A model generated the notes under the pieces. It worked only from the letters and a program-made list of their open reading frames with translations, searched no databases and was not told the origin of the DNA. The position numbers were made by a program, and so were the translations under genes. 64,000 nucleotides of DNA from a virus (taxonomy: Duplodnaviria > Caudoviricetes): IMG/VR virus record IMGVR_UViG_3300005512_000010, positions 1 through 64,000 of that record. The stretch is one strand, 5' to 3'. Below are positions 48,682-56,921 of this stretch, in pieces. Positions within the stretch are counted from its first letter, which is position 1; the number at the start of each line of letters is the position of its first letter.

Positions 48682-49233
48682 ATGTCTGATAGCCAAATCT
48701 CGCCTCCCTATGGGTGGAAATCTTTAGACTCAGAGAAAGTCAGTTACGAATTCGGAGAAGCCAGATTCGGTACTGCCCCGAACGATATTCCGGCTAACGA
48801 GACCGGTACCAACGGTAAAAGCCAAGAGGACGAATATCACAGTCTCGATGTAAGTCCTGACTCAGCCGGTGTAGCCAAGACCGGGGGCGGAGAAAAATCG
48901 AGCTACGGTAACACAGATGACTACCGGCCAGAAGCCGGTTCCAGAGAACCTGGAGACACCGGTACTCTCGACTTACCCCGAAACCACGTTATCGTCGAGG
49001 ATGGCATGGCTTCAGGCCGAAATTACTATCTCGTTCAGGATATCAAGACGGAAAAGTTCTACACCGTCGTACCTAACTATAAAGAGGGCAAGCAGTATAA
49101 ATCTCCAATGAAATCGGATCGGACCTCTGCCCTCGGCGATGTATATCGCGTCCTCTCTGCCTCTCTGCCCGACTCTGCCCTCGCTCAGCTCAGGGAGAGG
49201 TTCCCCGAAACCCCGGCACTCCCCAATGTTTGA
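48682..49233 (+). CDS. Hypothetical protein (acidic, low-complexity N-half)
   Basis: ORF after the motif. Confidence 0.65.
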   Translation: MSDSQISPPYGWKSLDSEKVSYEFGEARFGTAPNDIPANETGTNGKSQEDEYHSLDVSPDSAGVAKTGGGEKSSYGNTDDYRPEAGSREPGDTGTLDLPRNHVIVEDGMASGRNYYLVQDIKTEKFYTVVPNYKEGKQYKSPMKSDRTSALGDVYRVLSASLPDSALAQLRERFPETPALPNV

Positions 49234-49414
49234 AACTAAGCACGATCATATCGCCACGTATCGAGGCGTCAAGTACGATACGAATGAGCAGAAAGAAATC
49301 TATGTATCTTGGTGGAACAAGATCCACTGCGATGCGAGACGCTGGTTCAAGTACCGTGGCCACGCTTACCGGGCTTACGACCAGTGCGGAGTTAAAGACT
49401 CCGTGCTATACTAA
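49226..49414 (+). CDS. Small DUF4278-like protein (62 aa)
   Basis: Two YRG motifs (TYRGVKY, KYRGHAY). Start reassigned to ATG 49226. Confidence 0.55.
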   Translation: MFETKHDHIATYRGVKYDTNEQKEIYVSWWNKIHCDARRWFKYRGHAYRAYDQCGVKDSVLY

Positions 49415-49434
49415 TACAGATTTCGTACAGAGTT

Positions 49435-50439
49435 ATGTCTATCCTCTCTCACACCCCGATGCTGTACAAAGCTAAATCGGGCTATGAGTATCCAGAGTTT
49501 TTCGAATACTATCAGAGCGCAGTAGCATCTGTCTGGAGACCGGAAGAAGTGGCAATGGCTTCCGATGTAAACGACTGGCACCATAATCTTTCTCAGAGCG
49601 AGAGAGATCTGATCGCCGGAGTTTTGCGTGGGTTCACGGTAACAGAAATGGCCATCTCAGAGTATTGGGGAGATACGGTCTGCAAGTTGTTTAAGAAGCC
49701 AGAAATCTTGAGTATGGCCAGGGCCTTCAGTTTCTTCGAACAGATCCATGCTCAGGCGTATAATCATCTCTCTGACACTCTGGGCATCAATGAATTCGAA
49801 GCGTTTCTGTCAGACCCCACTGCGCAGAAAAAAGTCGAGCGATTCTTCACATCTTGTAATTCGGAGAAAGTTTCTCTGGCAGTATTTTCTGGTGCGGGCG
49901 AAAGGGTATCCTTGTTCGCGTCTTTTGCAATTCTCCTGGCGTTTAATAAGACAGGCAGGATGAAAGGTTTAGCCCAAATTATATCATGGAGTGTGAGGGA
50001 CGAGATCCAACACGGTAACGGTGGCAGTGCTCTGTTCAGAGAACTTGTAAAAGAAACAGGAATTTCCGAAGAAGATATCTCTGAAATTAAATCAGGGTTT
50101 GATTCCATTATTGAGAATGAGTATAGCTTTCTGGGGAACATATTCAACGCCATAGATAACGCTTCTATTCCGATTTCTCTGTCAGATCTTAAAGCTTATA
50201 TTAAACTATGCGCTAATAAGAGTCTGAAAGACCTTGGACTACCCCAACTCTGCTACCCCATGACTTCTGAGGAGATCTCTGCATCAACATCTATTTCTTC
50301 CTGGTTCGATCCTATGGTCAAAGGACAGACCAATACAGACTTCTTCGCCATGAGCAAGGATGGAGGGGGCTATGTCGCCAAACCTTCCCAGGATTTCATG
50401 TCCGTCGACCTTAGCGCATTGGATCTAGAACTCGTGTAG
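49435..50439 (+). CDS. nrdB: Ribonucleotide reductase class I beta subunit
   Basis: WRPEEV, FTVTE, EQIHAQAY, WSVRDEIQH iron ligands, TDFF. Confidence 0.93.
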   Translation: MSILSHTPMLYKAKSGYEYPEFFEYYQSAVASVWRPEEVAMASDVNDWHHNLSQSERDLIAGVLRGFTVTEMAISEYWGDTVCKLFKKPEILSMARAFSFFEQIHAQAYNHLSDTLGINEFEAFLSDPTAQKKVERFFTSCNSEKVSLAVFSGAGERVSLFASFAILLAFNKTGRMKGLAQIISWSVRDEIQHGNGGSALFRELVKETGISEEDISEIKSGFDSIIENEYSFLGNIFNAIDNASIPISLSDLKAYIKLCANKSLKDLGLPQLCYPMTSEEISASTSISSWFDPMVKGQTNTDFFAMSKDGGGYVAKPSQDFMSVDLSALDLELV

Positions 50440-50441
50440 AC

Positions 50442-50603
50442 ATGCCATATCCCTTTCCCAAGCCCTATCGCCAAGAGCCAGATGGCCCTTGGGTGGTGCT
50501 GGGAGAAAGGGGAGTTCGGACTTTCACCGACCCTGAGGTAGCCTGGTCCACTTACTACTTTGCTAAATTGAACTATGAAAAAGCAAACCGACAAAAATAC
50601 TGA
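50442..50603 (+). CDS. Small hypothetical protein (53 aa)
   Basis: Hand-translated MPYPFPKPYRQEPDGPWVVLG...; fills the gap after nrdB. Confidence 0.5.
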   Translation: MPYPFPKPYRQEPDGPWVVLGERGVRTFTDPEVAWSTYYFAKLNYEKANRQKY

Positions 50604-50730
50604 GTATATGGAAACAGCTCACGGTACTACATGCCTAGCAAGCGAAGCGGGCAGGGCGGATAGGCTATTGGAAATTCATCGGTCTAGGGTAGAAAGAGCT
50701 AAGAGATTAATAGATTCTATAGAAATCTAG
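50575..50730 (+). CDS. Small hypothetical protein (51 aa)
   Basis: Hand-translated MKKQTDKNTEYMETAHG...; tight packing. Confidence 0.45.
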   Translation: MKKQTDKNTEYMETAHGTTCLASEAGRADRLLEIHRSRVERAKRLIDSIEI

Positions 50731-50734
50731 AGCA

Positions 50735-51217
50735 ATGGAAATTAACATTAACGTCCCGGAAGGTTGGCAGGTAGACGATAGCGAGGAGATCGAGTCGTTT
50801 GAGGAAATACCCTCTCTCGACCCCGAAGACGCTAAGCTCGAGCAGTGGAAACAGTGGAAAGACTCGCCATATCAGATAAGCGATATGGGCAGGGTCCGCC
50901 GCGTCCAGAAAGATGGCGGAGTGAAGTATCGAAAACCCCGATCCGACGATAGGGGGAAGTACCGTGTCAACTTGACATGGGAGCGGAGTGGAGTACCATA
51001 CCGAGAAGAACCTTTCCTCCACCAAGCTGTAATGTCCCTCTTCGGTCCTGAGAAACCGGCTGGCGAACACATCGTAGTTTGTCACAAAAAGCCGACAGGG
51101 CCAGATGGAAAGCCCGACAACCGCCTCGCTAACCTATACTGGTGTGACAGAAGCAGGAATGTGGAAGACTCATGGGACGACGGGCTAATGGAGACGGGAG
51201 CGAGGTGGAAGAGTTGA
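50735..51217 (+). CDS. NUMOD4/HNH homing endonuclease-like protein
   Basis: W....YQISDMGRVR (NUMOD4), LHQAV, VCH...DNRLANLYW....N; lies between nrdB and nrdA. Confidence 0.8.
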   Translation: MEININVPEGWQVDDSEEIESFEEIPSLDPEDAKLEQWKQWKDSPYQISDMGRVRRVQKDGGVKYRKPRSDDRGKYRVNLTWERSGVPYREEPFLHQAVMSLFGPEKPAGEHIVVCHKKPTGPDGKPDNRLANLYWCDRSRNVEDSWDDGLMETGARWKS

Positions 51218-51226
51218 AAGCTTAGT
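51213..51226 (+). promoter_or_regulatory. Conserved phage promoter motif
   Basis: GTTGAAAGCTTAGT contains the HNH stop codon; 108 nt before nrdA. Confidence 0.75.
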
Positions 51227-51320
51227 GGGTATCTAACTTAACACACACATCAGCAGATTACAGACGGTCTGCATAGGTGGATTTTTACGTCTGAAATTAT
51301 TTACCTTCAAATTTTTTCCA

Positions 51321-53273
51321 GTGACTAGAGATTATTTCGATATCGATAAGCTACCTATCTGTCCAGATTGGTTGAGTCAAGAAGCTCAGCAGACACTGTC
51401 TAAGGGTTACCTGCTCCCCGGTGAAACTCCCCGAGATATGTGGAAGCGTTGTGCTTTGACGGCGGAAAAGTATCTCAAAAAGCCTGGCATAGGCGAAGAC
51501 ATTATGGAGATGTTTTGGCTCGGGTACATGGGCGGAGCGACACCGGTATTAAGTAACTTTGGGACGAGTAGAGGGCTACCAGTAAGTTGCTTCGGCCACA
51601 CTATCTCCGATAGTACCTCGAGTATCTACAGCCACCTCAAGGAGGTCGCTTCTTTGAGTAAGTATGGAGGAGGTGTTGGTAGCTATTTCGGTGAACTTAG
51701 ACCAGGGGGGTCCCCGATTAGCGGAGGGGGCAAATCCGGGTCCATCGTCGATTGGATGCGTCTCTACGATCGAACTGCGGCTACCGTATCGCAGGGTAAT
51801 ACAAGGCGCGGCTCATTCGCCCTTTATCTCCCCATCGATCACCCCGATTTGATGGATGCTTTGCGGAGTAAAGATCATAGCCAAGGGGACCCTAGAAACT
51901 TTATCGACTCGAATCTGGCCGTTACCATTCGAGATGAGTGGATCGAGGAGATGTTGGCTGGCGATAAGAAAAAACAGGAGATCTTCGCGGAAGTATTAAA
52001 AGCCAGACTGATCTCAGGATCACCTTACCTTACCTTCATAGACAATGCCAACAATCATAGGCCTAAGTGCTTTGTTGACAGGGCTCTTGAGATTATTCAA
52101 AGTCAACTTTGCAGCGAAATCTTTTTACCCTCTGATGAAAATCACACCTTTAGCTGCCTTTTAAGTTCAGCAAATTTAGCTAAATACGACGAGTGGAAGA
52201 ACTGGAGAGGTCAGAACACAGGCAAGACTGTACCGGAACTGGGTATTTACCTCCTCGATGCGGTAGCTGAGGAGTTTATCCACAAAGCTTCCAGGCTACC
52301 ATCCATGGGACGTGCTGTCCGGTTCACTAAAAAGGCTAGGGCCCTGGGCATGGGAACCATGGGACTCCATGCCCTCTACCAATCTCGCGGTCTACCCTTC
52401 GCATCTAAGGAGGCTCGAGAACTTAATATCGAGGTACACAAGTACATCGATGAGATGTCGCTCAAGGCATCGCAGGAGATGGCAGCGGAGTACGGTGAAC
52501 CGGAATGGTGCGAAGGACATGGCATACGCCATGCAACCCGTCTAGCTATCGCTCCGACCAAGACGAACTCAGTAGTCTGCGGAGCAGTCTCTGAGGGGAT
52601 CGAACCCCTAATCGCTAATCTTTTCGTCGCTGGAAATGCCAAGGGAACTTTTGTCCGCAAAAATCCGTACCTTGAAGATCATCTTGAGCAGATTGGGGAG
52701 AACACTCAAGAGGTTTGGGACAGAATCTTGGAGGAGAGAGGCAGCGTTCAGCACTTGGACTTCCTGAGTCCTAGAGTAAAGGAGATCTTTAAGACGGCTC
52801 GAGAGATCGACCAGTTTGAGATTATTAAGCAGGCTTCGGATAGACAAAAGTATATCTGTCAGGGACAGTCCGTAAATCTCTTCGTCGAACCAGAAGCCGA
52901 TGCAAAGTATCTCATGAAACTACACCTCTCGGCTTGGAAGATGGGCCTCAAGTCCCTCTATTACCTCAAATCTACCTCGTTGCAGGTCAAGAACAAGGGG
53001 AGTAGAGTTGTTCCTCAGAAACAAGTTGCCAAGGTAGTAACCAAATCGGATTGCCCCTGGTGCACAAAGGTTAAGGAATTATTAAGATCTCGGGGGTATG
53101 AAATCACAGAGGTGGACAGATCAGAGGTTTCCGATTCTGACTGGTCTTGGGATACCGTCCCCCAGGTCTGGATCAATGGCACTCATGTAGAAGGGGGCTA
53201 CGAAGGAGTCTCTAAGATGCTAGGGAACTCTGAGAGTGAAGAGTATTCCGAATGTCTAGCTTGCCAAGGGTAG
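51321..53273 (+). CDS. nrdA: Ribonucleotide reductase class I alpha subunit with glutaredoxin domain near the C-terminus
   Basis: ATPVLSN, PVSCF, GGGVG, RRGS, QLCSEI, APTKTNS, QGQSVN, KSLYY; then CPWC...TVPQVWING..VEGG; terminal CLACQG. No ATP cone. Confidence 0.93.
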   Translation: MTRDYFDIDKLPICPDWLSQEAQQTLSKGYLLPGETPRDMWKRCALTAEKYLKKPGIGEDIMEMFWLGYMGGATPVLSNFGTSRGLPVSCFGHTISDSTSSIYSHLKEVASLSKYGGGVGSYFGELRPGGSPISGGGKSGSIVDWMRLYDRTAATVSQGNTRRGSFALYLPIDHPDLMDALRSKDHSQGDPRNFIDSNLAVTIRDEWIEEMLAGDKKKQEIFAEVLKARLISGSPYLTFIDNANNHRPKCFVDRALEIIQSQLCSEIFLPSDENHTFSCLLSSANLAKYDEWKNWRGQNTGKTVPELGIYLLDAVAEEFIHKASRLPSMGRAVRFTKKARALGMGTMGLHALYQSRGLPFASKEARELNIEVHKYIDEMSLKASQEMAAEYGEPEWCEGHGIRHATRLAIAPTKTNSVVCGAVSEGIEPLIANLFVAGNAKGTFVRKNPYLEDHLEQIGENTQEVWDRILEERGSVQHLDFLSPRVKEIFKTAREIDQFEIIKQASDRQKYICQGQSVNLFVEPEADAKYLMKLHLSAWKMGLKSLYYLKSTSLQVKNKGSRVVPQKQVAKVVTKSDCPWCTKVKELLRSRGYEITEVDRSEVSDSDWSWDTVPQVWINGTHVEGGYEGVSKMLGNSESEEYSECLACQG

Positions 53274-53282
53274 ACCCTGTAG

Positions 53283-53288
53283 TATAAT
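53283..53288 (+). promoter_or_regulatory. -10 box TATAAT
   Basis: Between nrdA and dut. Confidence 0.5.
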
Positions 53289-53309
53289 TATCCCACTGAC
53301 ATCAATCTC

Positions 53310-53930
53310 GTGAACATTACCTTCTACACCCTTCCCGGAAACGAAAAATTCGCACCCCGGGTCTCTCACCCCGGCGAAGACGCTGGGGCAGATATTCGTG
53401 CCTATGCAAAAGACACCTACAATCGTGGCGATGCCATAGAATTTTTCAGAGACTTCGAATCCTGCGCACTTAAGTACGGTGCAAGACTCTATATAGACGG
53501 GGAAGTATTCACTTCGGAATCGGAAAGTGATTTTCTAGACCTTGTTGACGGTCTAGGCGGCGCTGTTTTCCTCCTCCCCGGAGACACTATTAAGGTCAGT
53601 GCTGGATTTAAAATCCACATGGACAAAGGGGATATGAATAATCTACTACCCGTGTATAAAATCGTACCTCGGAGCGGTTTAGCCTGCAATCATGGGGTAA
53701 TAGTTACTAATTCCCCCGGCATCATTGATTCGGGGTATCAAGACTGGATTAAAGTGTCTCTTACCAACAATGGAGATAATCACCATGTGTTTACTCACGG
53801 GTCACGAATCGCCCAAGGTCTATGCGAACTGGTATACGATCAGTCCCTATTCCCCGTTGTAACCGATTCCTCCATCTTCTCCCCTACATCACGCGGTCAG
53901 GGTGGATTTGGATCGACTAACCATGGCTAA
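53310..53930 (+). CDS. dut: Trimeric dUTPase with internal insertion
   Basis: Motifs AGADI, PRSG, GIIDSGY, RIAQ, RGQGGFGST. Confidence 0.92.
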   Translation: MNITFYTLPGNEKFAPRVSHPGEDAGADIRAYAKDTYNRGDAIEFFRDFESCALKYGARLYIDGEVFTSESESDFLDLVDGLGGAVFLLPGDTIKVSAGFKIHMDKGDMNNLLPVYKIVPRSGLACNHGVIVTNSPGIIDSGYQDWIKVSLTNNGDNHHVFTHGSRIAQGLCELVYDQSLFPVVTDSSIFSPTSRGQGGFGSTNHG

Positions 53931-54078
53931 GGTACTAACGTGCAAACTATCAGATAAAGTATTTCGCCCTTGCCTCTATTGTGATGGTCGGGGCTTTTTT
54001 ATACAAGATCTGTTCCACATGGTAGTGGAATGTAAATTCTGCGGAGGTACAGGGGAACGTGTTAATAAGTCCTGCTGA
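53923..54078 (+). CDS. Small zinc-finger protein (51 aa, DnaJ-type CxxCxGxG x2)
   Basis: Hand-translated: ...CLYCDGRG...CKFCGGTG... Confidence 0.7.
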   Translation: MAKVLTCKLSDKVFRPCLYCDGRGFFIQDLFHMVVECKFCGGTGERVNKSC

Positions 54079-54529
54079 GAAGATTTTGGTTCTCAATTTC
54101 GATTTTACCCCGTTAAATATAGTTCTTGGCAGAAGGGCTATTGTATTGTTGCTCAAAGAGAAAGCACAGAGGGTTTCGAGCAGAGTAATCCGCCTCATGA
54201 AGTATATTTACACCCCTATCAGCAGAGCGGCTAAGGAAAAACCTACAAAAGCTGCGATATACCGCAGAGATCAAAATACCTGTCAGTATTGCGGGAGCAC
54301 TAAGGGGTTGACTATCGACCATGTCATCCCAAAGTCACGAGGTGGTAAAGATACTTGGGAAAACCTGGTCGTAGCGTGTTCAGTCTGTAACACGTTTAAA
54401 GGTGATAGGCTCCTGGAGCATACTGGCTTGAAGTTGACTAAGAAACCTCGCCCCCCTCTAGTCAGAGTAATCGAGATCGTCCAAAAGAGCACGGACCCAG
54501 AGTGGAGTAAGTACTCCTACGTATTTTAG
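54059..54529 (+). CDS. HNH endonuclease (McrA-like, cyanobacterial type)
   Basis: KILVLNFDFTPLNI, RDQNTCQYCG, TIDHVIPKSRGG, WENLVVACSVCN. Confidence 0.92.
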   Translation: MLISPAEKILVLNFDFTPLNIVLGRRAIVLLLKEKAQRVSSRVIRLMKYIYTPISRAAKEKPTKAAIYRRDQNTCQYCGSTKGLTIDHVIPKSRGGKDTWENLVVACSVCNTFKGDRLLEHTGLKLTKKPRPPLVRVIEIVQKSTDPEWSKYSYVF

Positions 54530-54542
54530 TTGAAAGCTAAGT
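54529..54542 (+). promoter_or_regulatory. Conserved phage promoter motif
   Basis: GTTGAAAGCTAAGT, 33 nt before ATG 54562. Confidence 0.8.
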
Positions 54543-54561
54543 AGGAGATTACATAAACACC

Positions 54562-55011
54562 ATGGTAAATTTCACTTTCAGCATGCTAGACCGAGTTGGT
54601 CTTTTAAATAAACTATATACCAGAGTTTCATATCTGGTTAATAAACACCTGCTAAACCGCAGTAACTTTGATGCGGGCGTATTATCCAAGATCTTCGACG
54701 CAGTCGATGGATTCTGGGTCATCCATAAAGAGTCTGACTGGTATAGTCAGTCCGAGCTACGTGTTATCATCGGATCTATCGCCGAATCAGTGAGAGATAA
54801 TCGTCTAAGTCCGAGTGAAGTCCGGACAATAGTAGATCATGTCACCTCTGAGTGGAGACCTGAGATCGCTAAGAGAAAAGAGGGCAGAGAACTGATTTCT
54901 CCAGAAGTCGAAAAAACTGCAGCGAAGGCGGTTGAAATTTACCGAAAGGTGAGTAGAGTGGATAAAGTCGACCCATTCAGCTTTGCTTCCGTCATCAACC
55001 TATTGAAGTGA
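54562..55011 (+). CDS. Hypothetical protein
   Basis: ORF after the motif; AGGAG RBS. Confidence 0.7.
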   Translation: MVNFTFSMLDRVGLLNKLYTRVSYLVNKHLLNRSNFDAGVLSKIFDAVDGFWVIHKESDWYSQSELRVIIGSIAESVRDNRLSPSEVRTIVDHVTSEWRPEIAKRKEGRELISPEVEKTAAKAVEIYRKVSRVDKVDPFSFASVINLLK

Positions 55012-55012
55012 C

Positions 55013-55450
55013 ATGAACAGTTTCGAAAAACCAAAAGATTGGAATGTAGCTCCTGAGTCTAATTGGGTGTCAGGCACGCCCATCGGGCAAGACGATGTCA
55101 AGATGCCAAATCTCGGAGACCCCGGATCGCATGAAAACGCTTCACAGCCGGTATCCTTTGGCGATGATAATGAGGTCAAAATCCCCTCTATGTTCAGAGG
55201 TAAGCAGGTTAGTCAGTGTCCGCCTGGAACTTCTTCTCAAGACGGGATCTGCACTCCCGATCCGAAGTCAAAAGCATCGTTGGAATCGAGGCAGAAGACG
55301 ATGAGGGGTGGTAGTTCTAAGAAAGACAGGGAGGAGGAAAAAGAATTCGTTCCTGGTAAACCCGCTAAGCGCGAACCTGCTCTCCCTGCAGCTACGGAAG
55401 CTGATCCGCAGGTTAAACGTATCGCTAAGGAGGGTTACAAAGGACGATGA
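55013..55450 (+). CDS. Hypothetical low-complexity protein
   Basis: ORF in a tight operon. Confidence 0.6.
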   Translation: MNSFEKPKDWNVAPESNWVSGTPIGQDDVKMPNLGDPGSHENASQPVSFGDDNEVKIPSMFRGKQVSQCPPGTSSQDGICTPDPKSKASLESRQKTMRGGSSKKDREEEKEFVPGKPAKREPALPAATEADPQVKRIAKEGYKGR

Positions 55451-55677
55451 TCGAGAAGCTACAGAAACCGATTAAATTTGACAGTGAAGCCGATGTTCTC
55501 GTAGTCGCTCGTGATGGCGAGAAGTTTTTCGTCTCCAATAAAGATGCGAGTCTTGACTTGCCTCTCTCAGAAATGCAGATCCGCCCGCTCTTAGAATGGG
55601 CCATGGTCACTAACTACCCCTTGCGCAAATTCGTCCGCGCACAACGAGTTCTTAGTGCAAAGTTCTTAGGGGTGTGA
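55447..55677 (+). CDS. Hypothetical protein (76 aa)
   Basis: ORF overlapping the upstream stop. Confidence 0.6.
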   Translation: MIEKLQKPIKFDSEADVLVVARDGEKFFVSNKDASLDLPLSEMQIRPLLEWAMVTNYPLRKFVRAQRVLSAKFLGV

Positions 55678-55683
55678 TATCAT
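55675..55683 (+). promoter_or_regulatory. Extended -10 promoter TGATATCAT
   Basis: Upstream of the replication cluster ATG 55704. Confidence 0.45.
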
Positions 55684-55703
55684 GGGGGCATAAGTAAAAA
55701 CCT

Positions 55704-56921
55704 ATGGCCCTAGAAACTCTCAAAGAAAGCTGGTTAGAGGAGACCCTGGACAAGGAGGAAAATCTCCCCCTCGTTGTCATAGATTACAAAGTCTACGCTC
55801 ACAGCATTAATAATTTTGCCGAGTCAGCTCAGGATATTGTGGGCGATGACGAAGAAGCCCTGAGGAAAATTTTAAAAGCTCTGTGGGCTTATAAACTAAA
55901 CAGGGGGATAGACAGTTTACCTCCCCGTGACTTCACCGCTATTGTGGTCGATGACAACAAAGGGGTGTTTGAGGAGGAAGGTATCAAGGGATATTGGCGG
56001 AGTTTGGAGGCGCATAAACTCGGGATGCCAGAATATAAAGGGGGGAGGCCGGCCAAACCCTCCCTGTTCCCCCTCGTCTTAGAAGAAGGGTTAAAATATA
56101 TCAACTCTCCTGGATCTACTTTTCACTATTTTGATAAAAAATACTACGAAGCCGATGACATAGCTGGTAAAATAGCCAGGATTCAAAGGACTGATCCGGC
56201 TCTCGATCGTTATATCCTATTATCCACTGTAGACGGAGACTGGCAAGGGTTAGTCTCTGACCGGCACAAGGTAATCTGGTGCAATACCGGTCCCTGGCTC
56301 CCCCGGATACGAATGGAGTCCGAGGTGTGCGATTACTACCTGAGGAAAGAAAAACTTAACATTTCTTCGGCCAGAGAGACTTATACTGTTAAGGTTGAGG
56401 TAGGAGATGCCGGAGACAACCTGATGCCAGGTACCCCGCTACGCTTCTTCGACCTGTACGAGGAAGACGAGGTTTGGAACTGGACCCTAGACGAAGAGGC
56501 TACGCTAAGATCTATTATAGCCGACACGAGGCCCTCAAACCGTCCCGACCACCTAGAGCGGTCTCGACTCTACCTCCGATCCCTGGGCATGTTCTTGCCT
56601 GAAATACCTTCACCTACCGACTTCGATGTGATCAGTTTTAGCGAAAAAGCAATGAGAGAGAGGGTTGAGGCGAGGTATCCAGGCTACAGGGGGCTAAATA
56701 AGAAATACTGTTTTGGGGTGACCGATCAGGCAGAATTAGAAAAGTGTGCTAAGATAGTTCAAGATGATAACGAAGCGTTAAGGAGGATTAAAGAGCTGGA
56801 AGAGATAAAGAAAACCGACCCAGAGAACCACAACCCGGGATTGTTGAAAGCGTTGAAGGAGTCCAGGAAAGACTATAAATCCTCTCTAATTCGATTCTCT
56901 AAGTCTCATGCCCAAAGGTAA
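55704..56921 (+). CDS. 5'-3' exonuclease / flap endonuclease (T4 RNase H, T7 gp6-like)
   Basis: VVID, VVDD, EYKGGR, YEADDIAG, STVDGDWQGL, GDAGDNL. Confidence 0.85.
   Translation: MALETLKESWLEETLDKEENLPLVVIDYKVYAHSINNFAESAQDIVGDDEEALRKILKALWAYKLNRGIDSLPPRDFTAIVVDDNKGVFEEEGIKGYWRSLEAHKLGMPEYKGGRPAKPSLFPLVLEEGLKYINSPGSTFHYFDKKYYEADDIAGKIARIQRTDPALDRYILLSTVDGDWQGLVSDRHKVIWCNTGPWLPRIRMESEVCDYYLRKEKLNISSARETYTVKVEVGDAGDNLMPGTPLRFFDLYEEDEVWNWTLDEEATLRSIIADTRPSNRPDHLERSRLYLRSLGMFLPEIPSPTDFDVISFSEKAMRERVEARYPGYRGLNKKYCFGVTDQAELEKCAKIVQDDNEALRRIKELEEIKKTDPENHNPGLLKALKESRKDYKSSLIRFSKSHAQR

Noticed and set aside
49885-49925. NrdB GERVS instead of the usual EGV
   Set aside because: The iron-ligand Glu is retained and this is a single-base type change; it may be a variant or a read error.
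30917-53273. Introns or inteins in terL, nrdA or nrdB
   Set aside because: Reading frames are continuous, lengths are normal and no intein motifs were seen. The HNH gene is free-standing.
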